A stretch of DNA of 51,575 bases, counting the filler, from Jimgerdemannia flammicorona (Eukaryota), in NCBI GenBank assembly GCA_003990765.1. It is 2 parts of 2 records of this genome, joined end to end, with 100 filler letters (N's around TTAATTAATTAA, not from the genome) between each part and the next. Parts side by side here need not be neighbours in the genome. Positions count along the whole stretch, not along the records: positions 1 to 25,749 come from RBNJ01000798.1; 1 more part is not named here. The stretch is one strand, 5' to 3'. The position numbers and the translations under genes were made by a program. Positions 12,201 through 25,000 of this stretch are shown one piece after another. The notes under the pieces were generated by a model that searched no databases, had not been told where the DNA came from, and saw only the letters and a list, made by a program, of their open reading frames with translations. Numbering within the stretch: position 1 is the first letter of the stretch; each line of letters begins with the position of its first letter.

Positions 12201-14530
12201 TAGAGAGTTTGCCCTAAGACTCTACATTGATTATAGAAAGCTCAATGCAATCACCAAGAAAGAAAGGCAGCCCTTGTCAAATATTCAAGAAATCATTACC
12301 ACTCTTAGAAGTAATGCCAAATACTATACCACCTTGGATCTGTTCTCAGGCTTCTATCAGATTGGTCTCACTCAAGATATCAGTGAGAAATCAGCCTTCA
12401 TTACACCTGATGCCACCTATGTCTACCTATGAATATTATTTGGAATGTGTAATACTCTAGTAAGTTTTTAGCTAATGATGAACAGAGTCTTCAGTAATGA
12501 GATTGGAAAATAGCTCTTTATCTATATAAATGATGTGATCATCTTCAGTAACATTATACAGAAATATGTCAAACACATACAACTGACTCTCAAGATGCTC
12601 AAGGAGCATGGTCTCTATATCAAGCCTAAGAAATGCAAGTTTGTAGCTCAGGAAATTGCCTATCTAGGATAAATCATCAGGAATTCACATAGACCCCATG
12701 AAGATTGAGGCTGTTGAAGTCTACCCAAGACTCAGAACAGCTACAGAAATCCATGTCTTCCTTGAACTGGCCTCCTACTACAGAAGATTCATCAAAGAAT
12801 ACTCTAATATTGTAGCACCTATCTATAAGCTACTGAAGAAGGAGACCAAATTCGAATAGACTAAAGAATATCAAGAAATCTTCAATGAACTCAAGATCAG
12901 ATTAACCCAAGCACCCATTTTCAGAAGACCAGATTAGAACCTAGAGTTCACCCTATAGACAGATATAAGTGCTATTGGACTTGGAGCAGTTTTAGCTCAG
13001 AAGACAGATTGACATGAATATGACATCTTCTATGTAAGCTGAGGTATCCATGGAGCAGAACAGAACTATGAGTCATGCAAGCTTAAATACTTAGCAATAA
13101 TTTGGGCAGTAGACAAGTTTTACTACTATCTGGCTAGAAAATACTTCATTATTCAAACAGACTATTCCACTCTCACCTGGCTATTCCACACTCTGAACCC
13201 CAAAGAAATATATCAGATAAATCTACAGGCTACAAGAGTATGACATTACTATCAAGCACTACTCAGGAAGAACCAATACCAATGCTGATACACTCTCAAG
13301 AATATCCCAAAACACCCCATCAAGACTATTTAATATGAATAAGGAGCTATATTATTGATTAATCAGCTATCTTGAGCAGTGGAAGATGCCCAACCACCTT
13401 GAACCCTGGACTATCACTATCATCAACTGGACTTGGAAACAATTTGAACTTGATAATACCATACTTAGAAAAGGAGGAAAGCTCATAATATCTGAACACA
13501 AGAAGTATCAAGTAATGGAGGAAGTATTTGAACAAGGATACCTAGGAGGAATCAATATATATAATAAAGTAAGAAGAACTATGTGGTGATCTAAGATGGA
13601 AGAAGACTTGTGCCAATTTGTCAAAGAGTATAATAAGTTTCAGAAACAGAAATAAGATCAGCAAGACCAGATATCTAGATCATCAAGAATTGAGCCTATT
13701 TTCACTATATCACAATAGATATCATTGGACTACTACCAGTGATACTATCAGAAAACCACTACATGATAGTTATTATAGATCTCTTTACTAAATAGATAGA
13801 AGCAGGAGTACTACAAGTAGCCAATGCTCTCTCTATAGCTGACTTCCTGTACTGAGAAATCATCTGCCACTACAAGACACCAAAGCAAATTACCACAGAC
13901 TGTAGCTCAGAATTTGTCAATGGATTCTATGAGATAATGTATCAGAAATACAAGATTCAGCATATCAAGACCACTGCATACCACTCTCAAGGAAATGGAC
14001 AGACAGAAAGAATCAACAAGACTCTCAAGAACACTCTGGCAAAGATCTTGGACATATATGACAATTGGGATAACTATCTCCCAACTGCTCTCTCTGTCCT
14101 ATGAGATATATGATTACAGAGTACACACTTTACCCCAAGAGTACTGCTCTTTGGAGAAGAAGATTTCAATGAAACCTCAGCTATAAATCTGGATCTAATA
14201 TGGAGACAGATTGACTCAAAAATCTGGAAACTACACCAAATCAGAAAGAAGGCTGAAGATTACATCATTAAGTCACAAGTACTGACAAGAAAGAATGCAG
14301 AAAGAATTACAAGACCCTAGAACCTATCCAAATTGGAGAAAAGGTCCTACTATATTAAAATATGGTAGAAGTCTCATAGTTATGAAAACTGGAGCCCAAA
14401 TGGAAAGGACCCTTCATGTATGAGATATCAAGGGAACTATCTTCTGGCTTAGAAAACTCTCAGAGACCATACTGTCTATCATAATATACAGGAACAGACT
14501 CAAGGAGTACCATAAACCTATACAAGAGAA
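9260..14530 (+). pseudogene. gag-pol of G2 (many stops and frameshifts)
   Basis: CFRYREEDHYAKNC at 10092-10133 (CX2CX4HX4C with TGT>TAT); ATIDTG; dUTPase ~11430-11842 (RSSLA, GVIDSDYTG, GFGST); LYIDYRKLN, LDLFSGFYQI; integrase ending KLEPKWKGPF. Ends approximate. Confidence 0.92.
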
Positions 14531-14888
14531 GCAAAATATGATAACCACCCACAAGGTTCTAGTCTACAAATCATCAGCATGTCCTGTAACCAGCAGATAA
14601 TCTGTCTGGACTATTCTCTAAGAGATATGGCACCAGCAACTACTCATCTATAAGACTTTCAATGCCAGAGGAGTTTGAATCATCAATTGATTGGTCAAGA
14701 TCAGAATTAGGCCATGGCTCAATATAAAGGTAGTGACCCTTCACCATCATGTCAAAATATATAGGGAAGATGCCAGCCCATAAATACTACTTTTTGACCC
14801 CCTGCCAGAGGTTATGAGATCAGCAAATTTTTTAGACTAGATCAATAAATAAGGATATTCAAGAGAAGATCCTTATTCAGGAGGAAGA

Positions 14889-16393
14889 TATAATGATGAT
14901 CTCACAATGATGATATCAGTACAGGAGACAGCCTTTCCTTACAAGCTACCAGATTAGAGCATAAGAAGATTATGGCATGACTCACCCAAGCTACAAGATG
15001 AGTAATGATGACCAACTATGAGCCATTGTGACCACCAGATGGATATCTTGAGAAATATAAAAGAAGGATCAAGAAACTATAGTAGCAGCAGCCCAAACTA
15101 AGCTTACAGAAATAGTTCTAAAGACTTACCATAAACAAATGTCTGCTGTTTACCAAACCTCAAGGTCCAGGAACCACCAAGGCCCATCAGTCCAGGAAAG
15201 GATGTTCCAAGACATCAGAAGAGCCATAAGGACCCATATAAGAAGGACTCCTAGTCTTAACCTAAGTACTGGTGACCCCTATTATTATATTCTCTATCAA
15301 TGCAAAATGGAAACAAGGATCACCATTGCTACCAAATGCCTCTGGATGTGGCAGAAATATAAAATAGGAAACCTCCTCTGCTGGGAATTCCCTCAGGCCA
15401 GTCACTAAAAAATATGAGATGCCACCTCTATAGATGTATATGAAATAAGGATAGCTAAGATGATTCAGGCATCCACTATGATCAATTCTCAACTTGGAGT
15501 ACACTAGAATCTCAGACTTCAAGGAACTGTCAGCCCACCATACCAATGCACTAGAGGCCATAGTGGCCACAAAATCTCAGTCCACTATCACTCTCAATAG
15601 TGATCAATTTCTGCAAGGATTGATCTCAGCATTCTAAGGCCCCAGTATCCAGATTAGACCTCTCTAAGACCCTATATTTATTCTTTATTTTGCAGAAGAG
15701 AATGTCATAGATTGGAGAGCCCCAACTGCAGCTGAACATGATGATGTCATTGGTGATGACATTATCTCATGCAACATGCACAAAGTATGTGAAATGCACA
15801 ATACATATATGCAAAATGAGTGAAATGTTTGCTGATCTTATTTTCTTCAGCAGTGATGAAGATGAAGCCCCTATAATCCTGAACATTCTGCTCTAAGTTC
15901 TTGGTAACACTGAAATCTATCAGTATCCTTTTTTTGTATAACTATTATTCTTCTGGTATTCTGATCTTATATAACTCAGAAATTCTTCTGGCACTCTTTT
16001 TCTATACTACCAAAATCTACTGATATCCTCAACTCATACAACTATTTAAACAGATACTTGAACTTGTACTTATAACTATAGTTTTCTGTGTTTCAGTATT
16101 TTATTGATATTTATATTTAGCTTCATAATATAGCAACCATTGAAGTATATTTTGTATAAATATCTCTCTTATTTCCTTTGAAATAAAGCCAGTTCCAGTT
16201 CACTTACTCTCAATTCTATACAAGTAATCTAAGAGATAATAAGACAGTTTAAAGATAAGAAGTTTGAGGACTATAAGACCTTGGGAAGGCACTCTAATAA
16301 GAACTTACTTATAACAAACTTATAGTTAGTCTAAGAGATACACCTTGGAGAGAATCTGATATATTTAAAGGGCTCAGTGACCACTATGTGATA
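14889..16393 (+). repeat. 3' LTR of G2 (1505 bp)
   Basis: TATAATG...TGTGATA, i.e. both terminal dinucleotides mutated to TA; ~50-bp internal deletion near 15600 relative to the 5' LTR. Confidence 0.93.
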
Positions 16394-16580
16394 CTAGATA
16401 TATTATATACTATAGATAAGCAACTGAGTGAAATATCTAAAGATGCACAGCAAAAATTTTAATTAATTTGCAGATTTTTCAAGCCTTTTGCCAAAGTAAC
16501 AATCATAATATTAGCTTTGAAATATTCTGTACTAGTAGCTGTTATTTTACTATTTAATTTACTATAGGAGTACCTCAAGA
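16394..16580 (+). mobile_element. Continuation of the hAT transposase after the G2 insertion
   Basis: LICRFFKPFAKVTIIILALKYSVLVAVILLFNLL matches the hAT LxPFxxxTxxxSxxxYPT segment that follows TRWNS. Confidence 0.7.
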
Positions 16581-18950
16581 TATTATTAATATAGCTTGAA
16601 CTTGTGAATATTTTAATCAGATATATATATTGGTGAGATAGCAACTCAATATATCAGCATATAACTTATATTATTCTATCAGTTTTATATCATTTATTAG
16701 TAATGTATAAAATAAATGACCTATGCAACTTTAATAAAAATGCCTCTCTTTATAACAAAGATTATAAGCCCCATTAGTACTAAGCAGCTAAAGCAATATA
16801 CCTCTGAATATACACTATACTAAAATATCAAATAATGATCAGTTTAGCAATTTAAGCTTAGAAATAGATATGCTAATTATGAGTAATCTAGTAATAACAG
16901 TTCATGTTGGTACAACAAATATAAGTACCACAATAGATATGGGAAATACAGACTCAGGTTAAAGTGTAAATACAGCCAAGAGATCTATCCTGATCTTAGA
17001 TATGAAAGATTATATGATCTGGGTATTCTATATAATAAATATTCTTGACAAATATAACTTAGTAAAGTATATAAAGCCACAAGAGCAAATTCAAAATTAC
17101 AATACTGCAATTGATCATCAAGTATTATATAAGAATATATTCATATTGTTAAATTCTCTAATGAAGCTCATAATATATATATAATAACTTATAAGATGTA
17201 GGAGACTCTATATAGTCATCATATATAAATATCTATATTAAATCAATTCTATATAAAATCACAGCTATTCAATCTTTAAATAAACCCTAAGGAGACTATC
17301 TATAAATATACCAGTCATATCAATGAGCTGATGAATTAGGTGAATTCCTTAAGTATATCAATATAGTATATAAGCAATAAAGACAAAGTTCTGGCTCTTA
17401 TAAGAAACCTTTCTAAAGTATATTATATTAGAGTGGCAGCTATATAGGAATATGACAAGCTTGCAGATTATGTCCATATACTAATGAGCCTTATAAATGA
17501 GAAAATATATCAAGGAAATAGTATTACTAACAATGACAAAAATATATTCTATAGATCCCACAGATACTGTACCAAATAAGATCAAAAGTGTGGACAATAA
17601 TAAGGCCAACAAATCCAAACTCAAAATCAATATGATAACAATCAGTCCATCTAATCCATTAAGTATAATAGTTACTGTAAATATGTGGCAAATATAGATA
17701 TAGAGAAGACTATTTTTATTACTGAAAAATGATAAAGAGAATAGTGAAAGTAAATATGGAAGCCAATATTAGTAATATGAGAGCAGCAGTAAGAACTATT
17801 GTAGAAATAGCAGAAGCTAGCAAGAGAATGCAAATACTGCTGAAACTGATGAAGGCAGTATGTTTTTTATACAAGCAATATATATAGATCACAGTTCTAC
17901 TATCAAATCTACCTATCCATCATTAATGAATTCTGATCAATAGTAAAATACTTTTCACCTAATAAAAAATAGCAATGACATCAGTATACCTAACTATATA
18001 TCTAATAAATGCACTAATATAGCTAATAATAATGATGTCTGGTTGATAGATTCAGGAGCCACATCACATATGATACTATATAGAGAACAGTTCTCAATAT
18101 ATAAGCCTTTTAAGTTCTCTATATCTATCAAACTAGGGGATAACAATATCATCTATGTTTAAGAGAAGTAGAATGTGGAGATATATTTTTATAGTAATGT
18201 TGTAGAATCTACTAGTATCTTTCTAGATATACTATATATATATTCTAGAAATTAGCAAAAATCTCTTTTTCATATGGAAGATAATTTCATATAGCAATAA
18301 AGAGATATATATATATGCAAAGGATATAATAGTATATAATTTATATAATAATATGATAATGACAGCCTTAAAATATAATTATCTTTATATAATCAATAAG
18401 ATACTGAATAGGTAAAAGTCACTATATATATAATAACTATGTTTAACATATCTAATATATGGTATCAATATTAGGACATATTGGTAAGATGAGCCTCAAA
18501 TTTATAGTAAGGAGTGAATCTATCAGTATATTATTGCTAAATATATATCCTAGAAACAATTTCTTCTGTGAGAATTGTACTGCAAATAATACATCTCAGT
18601 AATTATTTGAAGAATGATTGAAGTATGTCTCAGAGATCGTGGATCTTGTCTATACTAATATATGTATATAGCCATATATATATGCTATTATACTCTGGGA
18701 AGAAGTATTTAAGTATATTTATTAATAATTATTTGAATAAAGCATATGTATATTTCTTATTAGCAAAGAGTGAAGCCTTGGAAAAATTCAAAGAATTCAA
18801 TATAATAGCCAAAATAAGATAAGATATAGAGTGTATACTATATGATCAGATAATAGATACAAATATATCAAGATTGTTTCAAGCAGTTTCTGAAATAATA
18901 CAATATATATTATCAAACAATAGCTCTTTATATGTCTTAGCAGAATAGAA
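16581..18950 (+). mobile_element. Ty1/Copia element 5' part (short LTR, PBS, gag, protease, integrase), cut by a LINE
   Basis: LTR end TATAACA at 16757 followed by GATTATAAGCCC (decayed GGTTATGGGCCC-type PBS); WLIDSGATSHM at 18040-18072; protease directly followed by integrase (FCENC, DLVYTNIC, GKKYLSIFINNY, KSEALEKFKEF, QNR). LTR start uncertain. Confidence 0.85.
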
Positions 18951-19913
18951 TCCTGAATGTTTACTAGTTCTCCAAGCTGTGGTATGTGGCATATTACTTA
19001 GACTTTCTGGCCTTAGTAGTGAAAAGGCTGATGAAACTGGCTAGAGATTGGATTTGAACAGGAAGAAGGTCCCAGATTAGTTGGGATACCCTTGTAGAGC
19101 CAGTGGTTAGGGGAGGCCTAGGCCTTGTAGACTTCCCTAAGTGGCTATACTGCCTGTGAGCCTAGTGGTTGAAAAGGGCTATTGAACTATAGGGAGGAGG
19201 CTAGGTTCTGCTGATACAGAAGGTATGGGAGATGAGATTCTCACCCTGGGGGTCCTCAGGAGATTTGCTCTCTCTGGTGGGTCTGAATGGAAGCTGATGG
19301 CTACAGTATATATAAGATCTTCTAGTGGGGAGTAGTGGATGGAGTACACCAGATAGGCCTATGCTGGTAAGGCAATGAGGGGGGGGAGGTGTGGGGCTCT
19401 GCTATGTAGTAATGAGACAGACTGTTGCTAGGGGGGGTTCTGCTAGCTAAGTTTGTTATTGGTGATGGGGTTGAGTGTCAGTGGAGACTTAGCCAGAATC
19501 TTTGGCTGAGTAGTTGACAGGCAGTGAGGATTGGTGAGGAGTGAGACATCTGGTCCTGGAGTGGTGAGGTGTGGCAGTGACTTCCTTCCAAGTTCTGGGT
19601 GATGTGGTGGTGCATACTGTAAAGGAATATTATGTTGAACTTCTATGCTGGGCATCTGGTGGATGATGGCAGATTGGATTGTGAGGAGTGTTATAATGTA
19701 GAGCAAGCTGGGGGTTTTGTGCAGACACCAGAACATTGGCTGAGAGAGTGTGAGGTTTTGGGGGACTTTTGGATAGCTATAGGGGACCAACTAGGTGTAG
19801 AAAGGAGGCTAGATAGAGAGAGAGATTACTGAGAGGATTTGAAATCTAGACTAGTGGGAGGTGTTGGCAATTGGTGGCTCACTGTAGGGTGGGTTATTAC
19901 AGTGTGGGTAGGC
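18950..19913 (+). mobile_element. 5'-truncated LINE fragment (ORF2 C-terminal part)
   Basis: Collinear with ~24445-25410 of the full-length copy, including the CEEC...EHWLREC motif; stops abruptly where the full-length copy begins. Confidence 0.9.
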
Positions 19914-20058
19914 ATACACCTTTCTCTTCATATTACACAAACTTCAAGTAATAGTTTTCAACACAATGTGGAGAAAAGGTATTATAAAAATCTCATTGAG
20001 CAAGAGTTCTGATGTACATGCTGGGTCAGGTAGACCTGGGGCTTTCAGCTAGCAGCAT

Positions 20059-21980
20059 GTGGAGAGAGGTTATAGATTGGAGATGGGGGCTTTTGGAGAG
20101 TCAAAGGGTGGTGAAGGCTCTGGAGGAGGACCAGTGTCTGGTGGATCTGGGGGAAGGCCTGGTCCCTCCAGCTTTGCCAACAAGGTGAAGGTGAGTGGAT
20201 GGCCTGCTGGAACCAGGGCTGGCACTGCTGATGGGAAGGGCAAGGCTAGCATCAGGAGGGAGAGTGGCCCTCAGGGGGGAGAGGTGAGCATTGGGGCTGG
20301 AGAGGCTGTGACTGGGGGTGTGACTAGTGATGAGAGTATGATAGGGGATCAGAAAAAAAAAAAGAGATATGATGGCTGATGGCCAGGTGGCGCAGGGGCT
20401 CCCAATGCAGAAGGGGGACCTGGCAGATGGTGTAATAGGGCTAATGGTGGCCCCATTACTCAAGAAGTCGATCTTGGAGTTTGTGGCTACCTTGTGCTTT
20501 TGGGGCTTAGCAGTGATGGTGAGGATGGTCCTGGGGCTTATTTTGAAGCAGGTGGCTGGAGCAGCCTTGGTGAAGTTCCTGAAGAGTCTGGAGGGGGTTG
20601 AGGTGGGCTTTGAGGAGGCAGGCCCACTGGATGAGGCCCTGAAGACTAGAGTAGTGGTTAGGGAAGTGGTGGTCCCCATGGTGCAGTGCTTGAGATGGGA
20701 CCCCAGAGTGGTGCAGCTTCTGGTGAGGGGGGTACTGACAGTGATGAAGGAGGAGACTAGGAGGAGGGTAGAGGAGGTGATGGTAGAGTATGGTGACATG
20801 GTGGACATTGGCTTCCAGATGTGGGAGGGGACCATATTCAGGACAGATGATGTCAATGTCAGAATTCAGCTGGCAGGGAAGGAGGCCACTGAGAAGATGA
20901 GTGACTGGCCCTCAGTGCTAATGTGGGGGGCTTTTATCTGTAAGGTGTTGAGGGTGAAAGAGAGTGAAGAGGAGGAGGAGGACTTGTTGGAGGCTCTGGA
21001 GGATTTGAGTGGTGCAGTTGAGAGGAGGGCAAAGGTCTGGAGAGTGTTTGAGGTGTCAACACATCTGGAGATTGTGGATGGGAAGCATATTCACACTGAC
21101 AAGAGGCAGTGGGAGTGGGCACAGGGATGCAAGAGGCAGAGGGAGCTATTGGCAAGTATGATAGGAGAGGCAAAGAAGAAGGCAGATGGGGCTGAGGTGT
21201 CTGGGGGCATCGAAGTTAGTGTCTGGACTAGTAAAGGAGAAGGGGAGGTGGAGGCAAGCAAGGAAGGAGCTGGGAAGGTACTGAGTAAGGACCCCTGTAC
21301 AGATGGCACATTTGAGGTCTGAGAGCAGAAATTGGATGCCATCCCCCCCCCCCTTATCAGGAGGGGCCTGGCTGTGAAGAGAGGGACAATAGCAGATGTG
21401 CTGATGCAGGGAGCCCAGTAAGTGCACTTTGGGGTCCCCAATGTGGCAAAAGGGTTCCAGGTGGTGACAGTTGGTGAGGACGAGCTGGTGGATGTTCCTG
21501 AGGAGGAGTGGGATAAGGCTGCCAGTATAAGAGCTGATACCACTATATTGGATATAGGGCAGCCAGGGACTCCAGGTGGGGAACCTGCTGTAGATAAGTA
21601 AGGTGATGGATAACCTTGTAGCTGAGGAGTTGGAAGAGGTGGACCTATGTGTAATTCCTGAGGAGCATTTGGTGGAGGTACTGAAGGTGGAGATTCTGGT
21701 GATTTTCATGAAGGAGGAGGGATATGAGGTTGATAAGGTGAGAGAGGAGGAGCTAGCAGTTGTTACTGGTGAGTGGGCTGCCTACTGTTGGACAGAGCAT
21801 CATGATTTGCGGCTCTGGCAAGAGGTCTGTCTGGAGTATCATAAGGACTTTGAGGAGAGAGAGGATGGGGCAATGGCTGAACTTCTGGAAGGGTTGGAGG
21901 TACAGGAAGCTGAGAAGAAAGAACTAGCAGCAGAACATGACTTGGACTTAGTACAGGAGGAGTTGAATGTGGATTTGTAG
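20059..21980 (+). pseudogene. LINE ORF1 (Gly-rich N-terminus, acidic C-terminus; no recognised domain)
   Basis: Consecutive ORF pieces 20059-20379, 20369-21322 and 21603-21980; homologous text in the second copy at ~27700-29621. Start codon uncertain. Confidence 0.75.
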
Positions 21981-22011
21981 AGGATGTATATGAGATATAA
22001 CATTATTTCTT

Positions 22012-25000
22012 ATGAACAGTACAACCAACATTTTCTCTTTGAATGTGAATGGGTTAAGGGGATCTGGGTAGCGTAGGAACATTTTTACTTGGCTTAAGGG
22101 ATTGGAGGCTGATCTCTTTTTACTGCAGGATGTATGGTGTGAGGATGAGGAAAATCAAGTGGAGTGGACTAGAGAATGGAGAGGGGCTACTGCTTGGAAT
22201 GGCAAAGTGGTGATTCTGGTGAGGAAGAGTAGAGGAGACTTGGGTGGAATTCAGAGCTATGGGGACTGTTTGGTCTGGGGAGAATAGTACTGACCTGGGT
22301 GGGAATCAGTAAGGGTTGGCTCTTGCTACTGCCCTGCAGTTAGGGGTGAGCAGATTGAGTGGATTAGGGATCTGTTGGAGGAGGGTGTTTTCTTGGAGGA
22401 AGGTGTCGATGTTCTGAGAGGTGACTTTGATATGGTGCAGGATTCTCAGCTAAATAGAACTGATGGAGGAAGAAGTGCAGGGGGGAGGAGTGGTGGACTG
22501 AATAAGTAGGAGGAGGTGGAGAATCTTAGCTCCTTAGGGGATATGGGTAGAACACTGTGGGGTGAAAGGAGGGTTTATATATACTGGATAAATGGACTAG
22601 ATACAAGGATTGACTGGCTTCTGACAGCCAAGTGTTGGGGTGCTAATGCTTGGAGGACTCTGGAGGTAGAGTGGTGCCCTTGGTCTGATCCCTGGGGGCT
22701 ATTGGGGCAGGGACAGTTTGGGGGGAGTGGAGATGGACCCAGACATTGGTACCTTAACTCCTCTCTGCTGGCCAAGAAGGGGTTGTAAGACACATAGGTA
22801 GAGGATGTCCAAGTGAAGATTGCCAATAGATACATGAGAGATCATCTGTGGAGGTCCAGTGGATGAGGTTGAAGGAGGTTGAGAGGGTTTATTGGGGAGG
22901 GCTTGGTAGGGAGACTGGGAGGCAGAGAAGGAAGTGAGTACAGTATGCTTCTAATAGACTAATTAGATTGCAGATGAAGTGGGCCGAGTTGCTTCATTCT
23001 GAAGGGGTAGAGGATTGGAGGTTGGAGCGGGTGAAATTGGAGGTAATGGAGCTGCAATAAATATTGTGAGCAGAGGAGAAGATCTAGATGAAAGGAATGG
23101 CTGTCAGACTATAGTGGCAGGGGCTTGAGGAGGGAGAGCAGTCCACTAGATACCTCTCGAGGCTTCTCCAAGCTAGGAGGGTGTGCCACTGATGGGATGG
23201 GGTCTTGGATGCCAAGGGAGGTATGGTGCATAGCATACAGCAGATCTTGGGAGTACTGAAGGAAAAATGGTGGGGTCTGTAGAGTGAGGAGGAAGGGGGG
23301 GCTGAGGAAAAGGCAATTGAAGATACACTGGAGGAGTGGGTGCCACTGCAAGTAGAATAACTAGGTGATTTGATCTTACCAGTCCAAGAGGAGGAGATCC
23401 AGAGAGTCCTTGCAGCAACTAAGCTAGGGACAGCACTAGGAGAGGATGGGTTATCTTGGGACTTCTGAAAAAAGATGCGAAGGTTTCTGGAGTATTAGGA
23501 GAGATGGCTGCCCTCTGTGACCATGTTCTTCATAATGGCAAGTGGGTTGGTGAGCAGGACTTGGGGCTGTTGGCCTTATTGTACAAAGATAAGGGGAGGA
23601 GGGAGGACTGGAAGAACTGGAGGCCAATCATGCTTCTGAATATGGACAGGATGATGGTGACTAAGGTGATTATTGCAAGGCTACAGAAGGTTGCCCAAAA
23701 GGTTCTGGGTGAGGAGCAGCAAGGCTTTGTAGGAGGTAGGCTTATCAGAGATGAGACTACCTGGGTGCATGGTATCATTGAGGGGGCCCGGGCTTGTGGA
23801 CTGGATGGTAGACTGGTCTTTTTGGACCAGGAGAAGGCCTATGACCATGTATAGCGGGTATGGCTAGGCAAGGTACTGGATAGAATTGGTGTTTCCCCAA
23901 GGTTTTGGGCTTCTATACTGAATTTGTTGGAAGGCAGTAGGGTAGCACTGTTGTGTAATGGTCATAGGGGTTTGGCATTTCCTTTGTGAAGAAGAGTTCC
24001 TCAGGGAGACCCACTGTCTCCTATCCTTTATGCCCTTTCATTGGAACCTTTGATGGATAGGATATATCAGAGGGTGGCAGGGCTCTCTATATATAGTGTG
24101 GTGTGGAAGGTGGGGGCTTATGTGGATGACAGAGTAGTTGGACTTGGATCAGTAGTAGACATTGTAGTACTCAAGACAACAGTGGAATGGTATGAGGTGC
24201 ACTCTGGAGCAAAACTCAACTGGCATAAGTGTGAGACAATGGTGTTAGAGAATGGGCTGGTGAGAGGGAATGTCATTGGAACAATTGTCCCCACAGGAGA
24301 GGTGGTGTAGTATTTGTACATCTTCCTCTCTGTATATTGGTCTGTCTTGCCACAAGTGTGGTGGGAGAGGAAGGTGGCCATTTGGGGAGAGACTCTTAGA
24401 GGTTGGGGGAGTTGCCACATCTCTCTGGCAGAGTGGGTGTCAATTCTGAATGTCTACTGATTCCCCAAGCTATGGTATGTGGCCTATCACTTAGACTTCC
24501 CAGCTTGGGTGGTGAAGAGACTGATGAAACTGGCTAGAGATTGGATTTGGACAGTGAGGAGGTCCCAGATCAGTTGGGATACTCTTGTAACACCAGTGGT
24601 TAGGGGAGGACTAGGCATTGTGGATTTCCCTAAGTGGCTACACTGCCTGCAAGCTTGGTGGTTGAAAAGGGCTGTTGAACTACAGGGAGAAGGTTGGGTA
24701 CCACTGCTGCAGAAGGTGTGGGAGATGAGGTTCTCTCCCTGGGGGTCCTCAGGAGATTTGCTCTCTCTGGTGGGCCTGACTGGAATCCAATGGCTGCAGT
24801 ATAAGGACTTCTGGTAGGGGGTGGTAGATGGAGTACACTGGATAGGACTGTACTGGCATGGCAATGAGGGGGAGGTGCTGTGGGGTCCAGCTATGTGGTG
24901 ATGGGACAGACTCCTTCTGAGGAGTGTTCCGCTTGCTAAGTTTGATATTTGTGATTGAGTGGAGTATCAGCAGGGTCTTGGCCAGGATCTTTGGCCAAGT

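Larger units (their letters stand above)
7647..16393 (+). mobile_element. Structurally complete, decayed Ty3/Gypsy element G2 (8747 bp) inserted in the hAT transposase
   Basis: Two ~1.5-kb direct LTRs; 4-bp TSD CTAG (7643-7646 and 16394-16397); PBS; gag zinc knuckle; PR, dUTPase, RT, RH, INT; PPT at 14879-14888. Confidence 0.95.
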
